A stretch of 20,000 nucleotides of DNA from an uncultured virus (IMG/VR IMGVR_UViG_3300021437_000014). Taxonomy: Duplodnaviria; Heunggongvirae; Uroviricota; Caudoviricetes. Below, piece after piece: positions 1-8,242 of the stretch (positions are counted from its first letter, which is position 1; every line of letters starts with the position of its first letter). The notes below the pieces were generated by a model. It saw nothing but the letters and a program-made list of their open reading frames with translations, was not told where the DNA came from and ran no database searches. The stretch lies in IMG/VR virus record IMGVR_UViG_3300021437_000014. One strand, 5' to 3'. The translations under genes and the position numbers were made by a program.

Positions 1-350
1 CTATCTTGGAACGACAGCACCTCAAACACCACCTCGTCACCCAGGGACTTATTTGTCTCACGTGACTTGAAGTTACCCTGACTTGCGATGATCGACTCAA
101 GTGTGTTGTACTCGACCCGCATGGCATTCTGTAGAGGTGACAGCACATTCACCAGAGGCATCCGTTCTTTCAGAGCATACTGTGGTGGAATTGCAACAGC
201 CGTTGTTTTTGGAGCGGCAGTTTGTGGCTCACTTTTTGGTTCCGACTCAACTTGAGGCTCACCGTTGGGTGCTGCGTTAGTCATAACGTCGTCTTCGGCT
301 TCAAAAGAAGGGGTTGCAGACTTGTTTGCTTCGGTTTTCAAAAGGGACAT
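1..350 (-). CDS. Partial CDS running off the left edge; hypothetical, possibly a phage ssDNA-binding/replication protein
   Basis: Not in the ORF track. Manual translation from ATG at 350 (GAAAG RBS) is open to position 1: MSLLKTEANKSATPSFEAEDD...VEYNTLESIIASQGNFKSRETNKSLGDEVVFEVLSFQD. The SSB guess rests only on its position after the primase and its low-complexity N-terminus. Confidence 0.7.
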   Translation of the reverse strand, partial: MSLLKTEANKSATPSFEAEDDVMTNAAPNGEPQVESEPKSEPQTAAPKTTAVAIPPQYALKERMPLVNVLSPLQNAMRVEYNTLESIIASQGNFKSRETNKSLGDEVVFEVLSFQD

Positions 351-413
351 TTTTCGCTTTCAGTTAAGTTCTCGCCGTTCTTTCCGACGTGTCAACCATC
401 GAGATGACGGTAA

Positions 414-422
414 ATTCTAACA
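414..422 (-). promoter_or_regulatory. Candidate extended -10 promoter (TG-T-TAGAAT) for the leftmost gene
   Basis: Minus strand reads TGTTAGAAT just after the primase stop. There is no good -35. The downstream leader has two small hairpins (396-410, 373-389). Confidence 0.4.
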
Positions 423-426
423 CATT

Positions 427-3348
427 TTAGTTACTGGGCTTGCGATGAGGCTTGCGGCACCGGAACATGGGTACCCCAGCTTCGACAAGTTTCGTGACAG
501 AGAACTTATACGTCTTGGTGTCAAGCGTCGTAGTCCCCTCACCGTACCCGAGCAGTGTCGGCACCTCTCGCAGAGAGATTTCAAAAGAATTCTCACTAGG
601 GTAAAGATGTTGCAGACCCACATGCTTGCAGTATTGCCTGTACTTGGCATAAGCAAACCGAGGTGCAAGATTGAGTACGAGTGACCCCTCTTCCTCGCCC
701 TCCACCTCTTCTGCCACAACTTCAAATTCTGTTCCGTCGTTAATCCAGAATGCCCCGTCAGACGTTGTAATCCTCGACATGTCGGACATGGTTGTGAATA
801 CCTTTAGGTACTCTGGCATCACTTGAGTTGCTTCGTCATCTGCAATTAGAATTTTTGTTGCAGCATTCTTGAATGCTGCTTCAATGTCCCCACAGAAGAC
901 ATGCCCTTGAAGAACCTCCATGAACACGTCCCTGATCTTACGCAAGCCATACAGAGCCACTGCACTGTTATATACAGGGCGGTCCTTTACATTAAGCTTT
1001 CGGTCATAATCACGCTTCGATAGAGCACCACCCTTCAAGTTTTCTGTGTCTTCAGGTGTCACTCTTGCATTGCGAGTAACCCAGTCCAACAACTTTGCAA
1101 ATTCAGGCTTGAACTCTTCCTCAAAGTCAGACATGACTGCTGACGCTGCGATATGGCGACCTACGACTGACCAAATATCAAGGTTATCCTTGTACTCAGC
1201 AAAGGCGATGGACTGAGCAAGTCCCTGCACAGTCCCTCCACCACGCTTGAACGGTACCATGATGCTGCGCTCAACAATCGCAGGCTCTGTCTCCGGTGCT
1301 TCCGCGACGTAGATCAGAGGTGCTGATAGTGGCACGCTGGTGAGTGCTGCCAGAGATGCATTGGTCTTGTTTCCGCCGCCTCGCAACTGACCCTTGCCGT
1401 TGTAAATGTCCCGGAACAAAGCCCTGTACTTCTCAGTGACCGTCGAAGGCTGCATTGACGGTTTCCACTCGTCAAGCAACAGAGGAATGCTTGCAGAAGC
1501 CCCCATGAGCTGTGAAAAGGCAAACGGTGTGGTTGCCGGAGTCACCATTCGGGGTTCTTCATGTAGATAGAATAGCTTTAGGAAGCTGGATGTAAACTCA
1601 GTCTTTCCAAGCCCTGACATTCCGTACACATGTAACATAGGGAACTTACCGTATGTTTTCTGGAATATAGCCTTGTAATGCGCTGCTGCCATCCATCCAA
1701 GCATTCGCCCCACTGTGAGTGGGGAGGCACACGTGAACATGTTTTTTAGCATCAAGGCTGCACGCAGTCTATTCGACTGGCTGCTAAAGAAGTCCTGCAG
1801 ACTTGGGCCACGTGTCAAGTCTGTACGGTACAGGCCCCTGGTATCCTCAAGCCCTACAAACTTCAGGTCAACTTCATAGTCCTCTAGCCATGGAGGCTTT
1901 ACAAGCGTAAACCTATCAGCCCAGACAAGGAAGTGTCTTGTTGATACGTCCTTGTCTGGGTGTGCTGGCAGATTTACCATATTAAGTCCTTCGCTGTGTA
2001 TAGCATAGGACGAAGGTGTTTGTTCTGAAATCATGTCTAAAAGCTCTCTTGCATGGTTATCAGTTCCTGTAAATGAGCCACCGCAAGCAGCTACAGAGTT
2101 TTGTAGAGTTGCTGATGCTGTAAAAGACTTAGGTGTTAGTATAACATCATTGCCAAGGACCGTTGCGCTTATCTGAGCAATTTGCCGTTCAAATGGACTC
2201 CACAGTACCTCAATGTTTTTGAATATGAAGTTTGAGATTCGCTTTGTGGCCCCATCAACTGTAGTAGCTGCTGCCCTGTAACAGTTGCCAGCCTTGAAAA
2301 TAGACCTTACTATATCTTCATCTTCAAAGCTTTCGTCAGACTCCTCAGCAATGTCGTTCAATGAAATCTTTTTCTTTGACAAACACGACTTTAACATCTG
2401 CTCATCGAACGTGTAGGCTTCATTGTCATGAACGTAGTCGAACATACGACGAAGCTCGTGCTCACGCTTGCGAGGAGTACTGTAGCGTCCGTCTGACACG
2501 TGCTTGTTGACAAGTTCTTGAGCATTCTCCACAAGCTCATCTGCGCCCCAGTTCGACTCCCTGGCGAATACAGCAAGTTGAATCGCCAGCTTGTTGAACC
2601 CCAAGTCTGCAAGGCCGTCACACTTGAGGATGCGTTGAACGTCCGGCAGGAGCTTCACCAAGGTTTGACGGTCAGTCACCTTCGGCTTGCGCTTTTTTAT
2701 GCTGGAGATTTTCTGCTGTGCCTTGTCGAATACGAGTGAGAATTCCTCGTTGTAGGTTGCATTGGCTGTGCGAGCAACACGTGGGTACTTGCAGAGTGCC
2801 TCGTATGACTCAGCCGTCAGACTGTTCAGTTCTTCGACTGTAATAGGTACTTTGTAGTTACCGTTCTCACGCTGGTTGTAGCATGTCCTAAACATGCGAC
2901 CACGCTTTGCAGTGTAGACAGCAAAGTCTAGTGTGTTTACAGCCAAGTCAAATGCTATTTCCTTATATATGGCTGGAAGTCTGGCTACTGGAACAACCTT
3001 GGCTATGAACACTGAAGGCTCAATAGTGAAGTGTAAACCCTTCTTGCCCGAAAGAAAAATGCTTACTTGGCTCTCTTCCAGACCCGCCTTGGTTAGTTTA
3101 TCTAGTAGCTTCTTCCCACCGGCTATGGATTCTTCAATATCTGCGCTGTCGAGATCGAAGTAGAGAGGACCAAGGTACTTTACAGCATCAAGTTCTTCTC
3201 GTGTCTCAGTTCCATCTAGCAGACGGTCAAGGCTAAGTACTGTTACGAAGGTAGGGCTTACTTCTGACAAGTCCTTCTCAGCATGGACTGCCTTCCAGTC
3301 CTCAGACCCACCTGTTTTCTGATAGTATTTGTAGAGTTTTGTGCTCAC
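427..3348 (-). CDS. Archaeo-eukaryotic-type primase (AEP/prim-pol) fused to a C-terminal P-loop ATPase/helicase, about 973 aa
   Basis: AEP motifs YFDLD, SGKKGLH and LDFAVY..RMFR; Walker A YGMSGLGKT; Walker B LLLDE; AIVERS (arginine finger-like). Start placed at GTG 3348, which overlaps the upstream TGA (GTGA). Confidence 0.85.
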   Translation of the reverse strand: MSTKLYKYYQKTGGSEDWKAVHAEKDLSEVSPTFVTVLSLDRLLDGTETREELDAVKYLGPLYFDLDSADIEESIAGGKKLLDKLTKAGLEESQVSIFLSGKKGLHFTIEPSVFIAKVVPVARLPAIYKEIAFDLAVNTLDFAVYTAKRGRMFRTCYNQRENGNYKVPITVEELNSLTAESYEALCKYPRVARTANATYNEEFSLVFDKAQQKISSIKKRKPKVTDRQTLVKLLPDVQRILKCDGLADLGFNKLAIQLAVFARESNWGADELVENAQELVNKHVSDGRYSTPRKREHELRRMFDYVHDNEAYTFDEQMLKSCLSKKKISLNDIAEESDESFEDEDIVRSIFKAGNCYRAAATTVDGATKRISNFIFKNIEVLWSPFERQIAQISATVLGNDVILTPKSFTASATLQNSVAACGGSFTGTDNHARELLDMISEQTPSSYAIHSEGLNMVNLPAHPDKDVSTRHFLVWADRFTLVKPPWLEDYEVDLKFVGLEDTRGLYRTDLTRGPSLQDFFSSQSNRLRAALMLKNMFTCASPLTVGRMLGWMAAAHYKAIFQKTYGKFPMLHVYGMSGLGKTEFTSSFLKLFYLHEEPRMVTPATTPFAFSQLMGASASIPLLLDEWKPSMQPSTVTEKYRALFRDIYNGKGQLRGGGNKTNASLAALTSVPLSAPLIYVAEAPETEPAIVERSIMVPFKRGGGTVQGLAQSIAFAEYKDNLDIWSVVGRHIAASAVMSDFEEEFKPEFAKLLDWVTRNARVTPEDTENLKGGALSKRDYDRKLNVKDRPVYNSAVALYGLRKIRDVFMEVLQGHVFCGDIEAAFKNAATKILIADDEATQVMPEYLKVFTTMSDMSRITTSDGAFWINDGTEFEVVAEEVEGEEEGSLVLNLAPRFAYAKYRQYCKHVGLQHLYPSENSFEISLREVPTLLGYGEGTTTLDTKTYKFSVTKLVEAGVPMFRCRKPHRKPSN

Positions 3349-3818
3349 TTGTTGCCCCACACGTTGTTAAAGATATTCTCTTCAAGGACGTATGTGCAAC
3401 CTTCATGGTGAATTTCTGGGTGGTGTGGCATTCGCAGAAGCAAACTCATTCGTATAGATGTTTTCTTGTTTTTCAGTGTTACACGTTCAAGCGTTGACTT
3501 CTGTGGGTGCCAAATGAATATGCCTGGATAAATTTCAGCCGGCTCGTGATCTACGTATGTAATAGTGCTGTCTGAAGACTCCCACTTAGACCCTAAACCA
3601 AGGGCTATATCAAGGTCTACATCTATCTGCGTGAACGTGTCCTGAATCTCTGGCTTGCCGAGGAACAGGCGGTATATCACCAACCTCTTGCCAGGGTAGA
3701 CCATGCACCTGTGCCCAGCTTGGGTGGCATCCCACCGCTCTTGCGTGTCAGGTTCTGCATGGGCCATTGCAGCGTCGGCCACCGCCGCCTCTAAGGCATT
3801 TTGTGCGTTGAAAAGCAT
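3345..3818 (-). CDS. Hypothetical protein, 157 aa
   Basis: ORF fills the gap between helicase and primase and overlaps the primase start. Confidence 0.75.
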   Translation of the reverse strand: MLFNAQNALEAAVADAAMAHAEPDTQERWDATQAGHRCMVYPGKRLVIYRLFLGKPEIQDTFTQIDVDLDIALGLGSKWESSDSTITYVDHEPAEIYPGIFIWHPQKSTLERVTLKNKKTSIRMSLLLRMPHHPEIHHEGCTYVLEENIFNNVWGNK

Positions 3819-3844
3819 GTTTAAAATCTCGAAATGTTTGGAGG

Positions 3845-3876
3845 CGCGATTCTAAACCAGAATCGCGGCGTGTCAG
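3845..3876 (-). promoter_or_regulatory. Candidate sigma70 promoter CTGACA-N16-TAGAAT overlapped by a perfect 9-bp inverted repeat
   Basis: -35 at 3871-3876 and -10 at 3849-3854; CGCGATTCT-AAACC-AGAATCGCG at 3845-3867. Confidence 0.5.
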
Positions 3877-4811
3877 GTTGAATTTCCGAGGAGCATCGCC
3901 CTCAACCCTGTTTTTGTCGGTTCAATTTTAGAAACCATGTCATCATTCTTAAGCAGGTTGGCTAATAAGCCTTCTTGCACAGTTCCTTTAGCTACAGCAA
4001 ACCGCAGAGTTGGCGCTTTTGTTTGCCCTACCCTATCTAGTCTACCACAACTTTGTCGAATGTAGAGTGGCACAGTGTCAAGCTCAAGAAACAGAGCTTC
4101 TGAGCATACGTGCTGTGGATTAAGACCGGCAGATGCACTCTGATACTGTGCCACCAATACCCGTGTTTCTGAATCTTCCATAAACGCTTTTATGGAGGCT
4201 TCGCTGTCTGCAAGCCCGTAAGCTGCTACAGCTTTTACACCTTTTGCATTTACATAACTCAATACAGAGCCAGAGGTTCTCTTGTACTTCGTCCAGATTA
4301 TTAACTTTGATCTATCAATTTCAGCACACCTTGTACTCTCTAGTGTAATATCAATCAGATCATATGCTGCACTCCTGTTTGTAGCGTCATTAGAGAAGAA
4401 GTCATAATTGACCACAACCTGCTGCAGAGCGTGTCTCAACTTCTGCACAGAAGTTGCGTCAATCTTGCTTCCATCATCGAATAGCAAAAGTTGTTCTTCC
4501 ACAATTCGTTTATACAGCTTATAATGCCCAGATGACAACTCATACGTGCAGTCAGGATAGATTGGCTTTATGTTGTACCCATGCATTTCTTCCTTAGTCC
4601 TGCTAACTGAAAACAGCTCAAGGTTTTTCTTCAATAGTTCAATGTTTGTAAACTTTGTAGGTGCCCCAAAAAAGTCATATTCCTCTACATGTATATTTGT
4701 AAACTGTGTATACGACCTATATGTTGTAGGCTGACACAATTTTATATAAGCATACGCATCTGTAGGCTTGTTAACAGGTGTTCCTGTTAAAAGTTGTAGG
4801 CTACGAGACAA
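3873..4811 (-). CDS. SNF2-like (SF2) helicase, C-terminal part (motif III onward)
   Basis: LLTGTP (motif III), LIIWTKY (IV), QSASAGLN (V), QSCGRLDRVGQ (VI). Lies in a different frame from the N-terminal part. Confidence 0.85.
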   Translation of the reverse strand: MSRSLQLLTGTPVNKPTDAYAYIKLCQPTTYRSYTQFTNIHVEEYDFFGAPTKFTNIELLKKNLELFSVSRTKEEMHGYNIKPIYPDCTYELSSGHYKLYKRIVEEQLLLFDDGSKIDATSVQKLRHALQQVVVNYDFFSNDATNRSAAYDLIDITLESTRCAEIDRSKLIIWTKYKRTSGSVLSYVNAKGVKAVAAYGLADSEASIKAFMEDSETRVLVAQYQSASAGLNPQHVCSEALFLELDTVPLYIRQSCGRLDRVGQTKAPTLRFAVAKGTVQEGLLANLLKNDDMVSKIEPTKTGLRAMLLGNST

Positions 4812-5268
4812 GTCTAGCTACCTTTCTGAATAATTGAGATGAGTGGTTCTTTAGAAAGTGAGCTTCGTCTACTATGACTTCAAGTGAAGTACTTAGATTC
4901 TTTTCCAACTTGTCAAAATCATCTCTGAAAATCGCATGTGAGCAAATTATCCAGTGAGCATTTTTAATATCCATCACTGCCCTCTGCTTTGGTGTTCCCC
5001 TGTAAGTCAGAACACCGTCAGATACCTTGACAAGCCAGCTTGCCCAAGGTGTTATGAGAATTGGAGGGACGATCACAAGTTTTTGCTTGTTGCTTCGCAT
5101 AAGCGCTACGACTGTGCTCATGGCTGTCTTGCCGCAGCCCACCTCCGAGAAGTTTTTGCAGTTGTCCCACAAAAGCATGTTCTCAACGTCAACAATCTGG
5201 AGTTTGGTCAACTCGAACCCGCTTTTGGCGGCAAAACCATAAGCGGCACTCCATTCACGGTACTTCAT
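4801..5268 (-). CDS. SNF2-like (SF2) helicase, N-terminal part (motifs I-II), 155 aa
   Basis: ATG 5268 overlaps the upstream TGA (ATGA). EVGCGKT (I), LVIVPP (Ia), IVDEAHFLKN (II); ends at TAG 4801-4803. Confidence 0.85.
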   Translation of the reverse strand: MKYREWSAAYGFAAKSGFELTKLQIVDVENMLLWDNCKNFSEVGCGKTAMSTVVALMRSNKQKLVIVPPILITPWASWLVKVSDGVLTYRGTPKQRAVMDIKNAHWIICSHAIFRDDFDKLEKNLSTSLEVIVDEAHFLKNHSSQLFRKVARLVS

Positions 5269-5624
5269 GCTACCGCCCCGAATCGTTTTTCGATGTTTCT
5301 GACGACGTGACGACTGAAGTCTGTGTTGATTCGGAGCTTGACAAGCAGCCCAGGAAACGCCAGCGGCCCCAGCAGGCACCCCATTTCACCCAGCGAGCTA
5401 TTGGCGTCGTGTGGCGTGTTTGCCAGGGCCAGTGCTGGTACCCAGTACCCAATCGCAACTTGGTGATCGTCAAGAGTGTCCAACTGGAACCCTGCCGCTG
5501 CCAGCATGATGTTGAATGAGGCAAAGTCCTTCGGAGCCAGCAAGCCAACTCCCTTGCCGTCAATCACGTAAGACTTGGGGTGCTTCTCACCCCAATAGAA
5601 TTTGTTGAGGTGATCAAAATTCAA
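5265..5624 (-). CDS. Hypothetical protein, 119 aa
   Basis: ORF has 4-nt overlaps with both neighbours. Confidence 0.75.
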   Translation of the reverse strand: MNFDHLNKFYWGEKHPKSYVIDGKGVGLLAPKDFASFNIMLAAAGFQLDTLDDHQVAIGYWVPALALANTPHDANSSLGEMGCLLGPLAFPGLLVKLRINTDFSRHVVRNIEKRFGAVA

Positions 5625-6544
5625 TTGAGTGGCTCCATGTCTATTACGTCTCTGAATCCAAGTGCACGTGGGTGCCTAGGTCTAACGTCAGCTCCGTATC
5701 CCAGATGCCTGAACTTGATGTACTTGCCTTCAAGTGTTGACTTATCTAGCACATAGGCATCCCACATCACCTTTAGTTCGTCGTGTGTGAACTTACCTGG
5801 TCCAACCTTGAAGTCAATTCCGTCTTTGACTACGTTGAACCCTCCAAGTCGTCCGTTTGGTGTCTTGTTCTCAGCGTGCGTAGAACGCTTGGTCTCACCT
5901 ACTTCGTTTGTAAATGCTTCATTGTTATTTGTCAGACCTTCATAAGCCCCTACGATCAAAGCCTCATCGTCGGCGTCTGGCTTCAGCTTGAGTTGAGTCT
6001 GCTGCTTTGATGATGACTTACCGTACTTGTATTGGCCTGTCGGGTCTTTCAGAATCAAGCCTTCGGCCCCGGATTCAAGCACCTCGGAATAGAGGTCGTC
6101 AACCTCTGCCTGGTTGTGAACAAACCGTTGCTCAACCACACGGATTTTTGCCTTGATATGATCTGGCAAGAAAGCATAAGCTGCCGAGATGTTTCGGAAT
6201 CGCTCCAGGGCAAACGATTTCAAGTCGTTGCAGCAGTCAAACACATAGAGTGTGAACTCTGGTTCACCTTCAATTGTCATCGCCGCACTGAATGTCTTTT
6301 TATAGCAGTCAGGCGCAAGTGGGTCTCCACTGATCACTTCCATGTCAAAGCCTTCAGGTACGCTGTCCTCAATGAACTTGCGAATGTGTAGGTTCGGCAG
6401 AGGCTTTCCAGATTTTGTGCGTGTCTTGCCCTCGAACTTGCAGACTCGAATGCCGTCAAGTTTCAGGCTTGCCATCTTGGGGAACGTGATGGGGAACTTT
6501 TCTTCAGGGGCGCAGGAGCGCATGGGCTTGAACTGGTCAGACAT
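5621..6544 (-). CDS. ATP-dependent DNA ligase, 307 aa
   Basis: Motif I KLDGIR, LYVFD, EGLILK (IV), KLKP (V), C-terminal OB-fold ending PRHPRALGFR. Confidence 0.93.
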   Translation of the reverse strand: MSDQFKPMRSCAPEEKFPITFPKMASLKLDGIRVCKFEGKTRTKSGKPLPNLHIRKFIEDSVPEGFDMEVISGDPLAPDCYKKTFSAAMTIEGEPEFTLYVFDCCNDLKSFALERFRNISAAYAFLPDHIKAKIRVVEQRFVHNQAEVDDLYSEVLESGAEGLILKDPTGQYKYGKSSSKQQTQLKLKPDADDEALIVGAYEGLTNNNEAFTNEVGETKRSTHAENKTPNGRLGGFNVVKDGIDFKVGPGKFTHDELKVMWDAYVLDKSTLEGKYIKFRHLGYGADVRPRHPRALGFRDVIDMEPLN

Positions 6545-6962
6545 TTTTGATGTGGTAAGGTGTTGATTTTCCGTTGATGATTGAATTGCAGTTCATGTAG
6601 TCCATAGACCCTGGACGTGCATGGTACTTTTCAGGTACGTAAGTATCACGTGAGGGTACAAAAAGGTTTGATTTTACCTTTTCTCTGTTCTCTTTAATCT
6701 CTTCCTTGAGGCTCCGCTCGTTGACTTCAGAAAGCAGGGTCCGACCTCGTGATGTGATGCTGACAGTCTCACCGGACAGAACCAGCAAGCCTTCCTCAAG
6801 CCCCTGCGGAAGCAAAACGTCCACGAAAAACCTATGCCGCAGTGAGCTTATAGACTTCTGTAGGTCAGACACCAGCGTTGAGATGTTTTGCTCACCAGAC
6901 TGTAGGGCTTGTAGGGCTGCAAACATTGTTGTTCCTCGACGTACCGCGTAAGCTTTCTTCAT
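6537..6962 (-). CDS. Hypothetical protein, possible winged-helix N-terminus
   Basis: Wing-like EGLLVLSGETVSITSRGRTLL; overlaps both neighbours. Confidence 0.65.
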   Translation of the reverse strand: MKKAYAVRRGTTMFAALQALQSGEQNISTLVSDLQKSISSLRHRFFVDVLLPQGLEEGLLVLSGETVSITSRGRTLLSEVNERSLKEEIKENREKVKSNLFVPSRDTYVPEKYHARPGSMDYMNCNSIINGKSTPYHIKNV

Positions 6963-7228
6963 CGAAGTTGCTCCATTTTTGATACAGTAAGACTGAACGT
7001 ATGCATGTTTATTTTCCTTAAAGTTTTTTCATATGTTTTTATGATGTGCTTGTCTTTTAGTGCTGACTTCGGTAGGTTGTTATCAACCAATACACAGAAG
7101 ACTTTGGCCAAGTCTATAATACTCTTATGCCACTCACTATCAAGTCCTTGCATAGAGTCTACAAGCGCCGAAGCTAGAACCAGCTCAAGCTGTAGAATCT
7201 CTGATCTGTGTAGTTTTCTGTAAGTCAT
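6959..7228 (-). CDS. Hypothetical protein, 89 aa
   Basis: ORF in a packed operon. Confidence 0.65.
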   Translation of the reverse strand: MTYRKLHRSEILQLELVLASALVDSMQGLDSEWHKSIIDLAKVFCVLVDNNLPKSALKDKHIIKTYEKTLRKINMHTFSLTVSKMEQLR

Positions 7229-7454
7229 CAGGTCTTCTAGGTAGAGGTGCCCATGCTATGAATTCCTGTGTGGTTTCTTTCGTAAGCACGCCGTAGATAG
7301 CAACTCCGTACTTAGTCAATAACTGGAGTTTAACACCTTTGGGGGCTTCTTGCGTTCGAGTGTTCCAGTAGTAGGTCTTAGCTACAGCAACTGAGCCATC
7401 CTTATTCAATGTGTATTGCGGCTCATTGAGAGCCGGGTTTACAAGGTTATACAT
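7185..7454 (-). CDS. Small phage protein, DUF551-like
   Basis: W...EAPKGVKLQLL...FIAWAPLP pattern typical of this phage family. Confidence 0.65.
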   Translation of the reverse strand: MYNLVNPALNEPQYTLNKDGSVAVAKTYYWNTRTQEAPKGVKLQLLTKYGVAIYGVLTKETTQEFIAWAPLPRRPDDLQKTTQIRDSTA

Positions 7455-7747
7455 ACACTTACTTTCTTGATGTGAGCCTGCTCATGTGTCAGCACACTTG
7501 CATGAATATGTACATTGTACTTCTTTTGAAAAGCATTCAGCAGGGCCTTAATGTCTTCTTCAAGGTCTTGCTTGTCTGACTTTAGACTGTCTAGCGTGTT
7601 TGTTACCTTTGCCGCATAGAAACACTCTTCGTCGGTTGAGTCAAGCATTGTAACGATGCTTGCTTCGCCTGAATTGTTTTCTAGCCAGTGCTTGCAATTC
7701 TTACAATTCTGGTCAGGTTTTGCCGGTAGGCAAACTACGTTTTCCAT
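7439..7747 (-). CDS. Hypothetical protein with a Cys-rich (CxxC) N-terminus and helical C-terminus, 102 aa
   Basis: ATG 7747 preceded by AAAGGA; CLP...CKNCKHW...CFY. Confidence 0.65.
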   Translation of the reverse strand: MENVVCLPAKPDQNCKNCKHWLENNSGEASIVTMLDSTDEECFYAAKVTNTLDSLKSDKQDLEEDIKALLNAFQKKYNVHIHASVLTHEQAHIKKVSVCITL

Positions 7748-7748
7748 T

Positions 7749-7889
7749 TTATTTCCTTTTAATGTACACGACGATGAACTCAACAATAGACAGTATTCCA
7801 AACATGGTGGCAGGGTAAATAGATTCTTTACCCAATGCAGAGGCCATGTAGACTGACGATAAAACAGAGAAAAACTGTAGGTTATTCAT
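7749..7889 (-). CDS. Small hydrophobic (membrane) protein, 46 aa
   Basis: Below the ORF-track cutoff. MNNLQFFSVLSSVYMASALGKESIYPATMFGILSIVEFIVVYIKRK fills the gap exactly. Confidence 0.55.
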   Translation of the reverse strand: MNNLQFFSVLSSVYMASALGKESIYPATMFGILSIVEFIVVYIKRK

Positions 7890-8049
7890 TTATGTCAACC
7901 TTGTTTGTATTTACTCGGAAGTCTTCAAGTGTTTCAAGTATTATCTTCTTATCCTCGAATTCTTCATACGGCACTGTCACTGACAGGACCCTCTGCCTGT
8001 CATGAAATAGGTGCCATTCGTCATTTCGTAGAAGAACCAGCTTTGTCAT
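7882..8049 (-). CDS. Hypothetical protein, 55 aa
   Basis: Manual translation MTKLVLLRNDEWHLFHDRQRVLSVTVPYEEFEDKKIILETLEDFRVNTNKVDINE; overlaps both neighbours. Confidence 0.55.
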   Translation of the reverse strand: MTKLVLLRNDEWHLFHDRQRVLSVTVPYEEFEDKKIILETLEDFRVNTNKVDINE

Positions 8050-8242
8050 TAAGACGCTCCTGATAGGTTGTGAAGGCCCAGGCAGTGCCTTCTGTTCTGA
8101 TTCTAGACCAAACAGAATCTTTCTCTGTTTGGCTCATGGAGTTCCAATTTGAAACTTCGAGGTAAGTTCTACCACAACCCTTACAGACTTCATCGTAAAG
8201 GGTTGTGCAGACACCTATGCAAGGGCTGTCAGGGTTTCGCAT
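8021..8242 (-). CDS. DUF1289-family small Cys-rich protein, 73 aa
   Basis: PDSPCIGVCTTLYDEVCKGCGRTYLEVSNW..MS..EK..VW signature; start moved to ATG 8242. Confidence 0.85.
   Translation of the reverse strand: MRNPDSPCIGVCTTLYDEVCKGCGRTYLEVSNWNSMSQTEKDSVWSRIRTEGTAWAFTTYQERLNDKAGSSTK

Noticed and set aside
4771..4803. TAG read-through or stop-codon reassignment, intron, or T4 gene 60-type bypass in the helicase
   Set aside because: Reading through TAG gives PTTFNRNTC then TAA, without motif III. The halves overlap, so there is no intervening sequence to splice or bypass.
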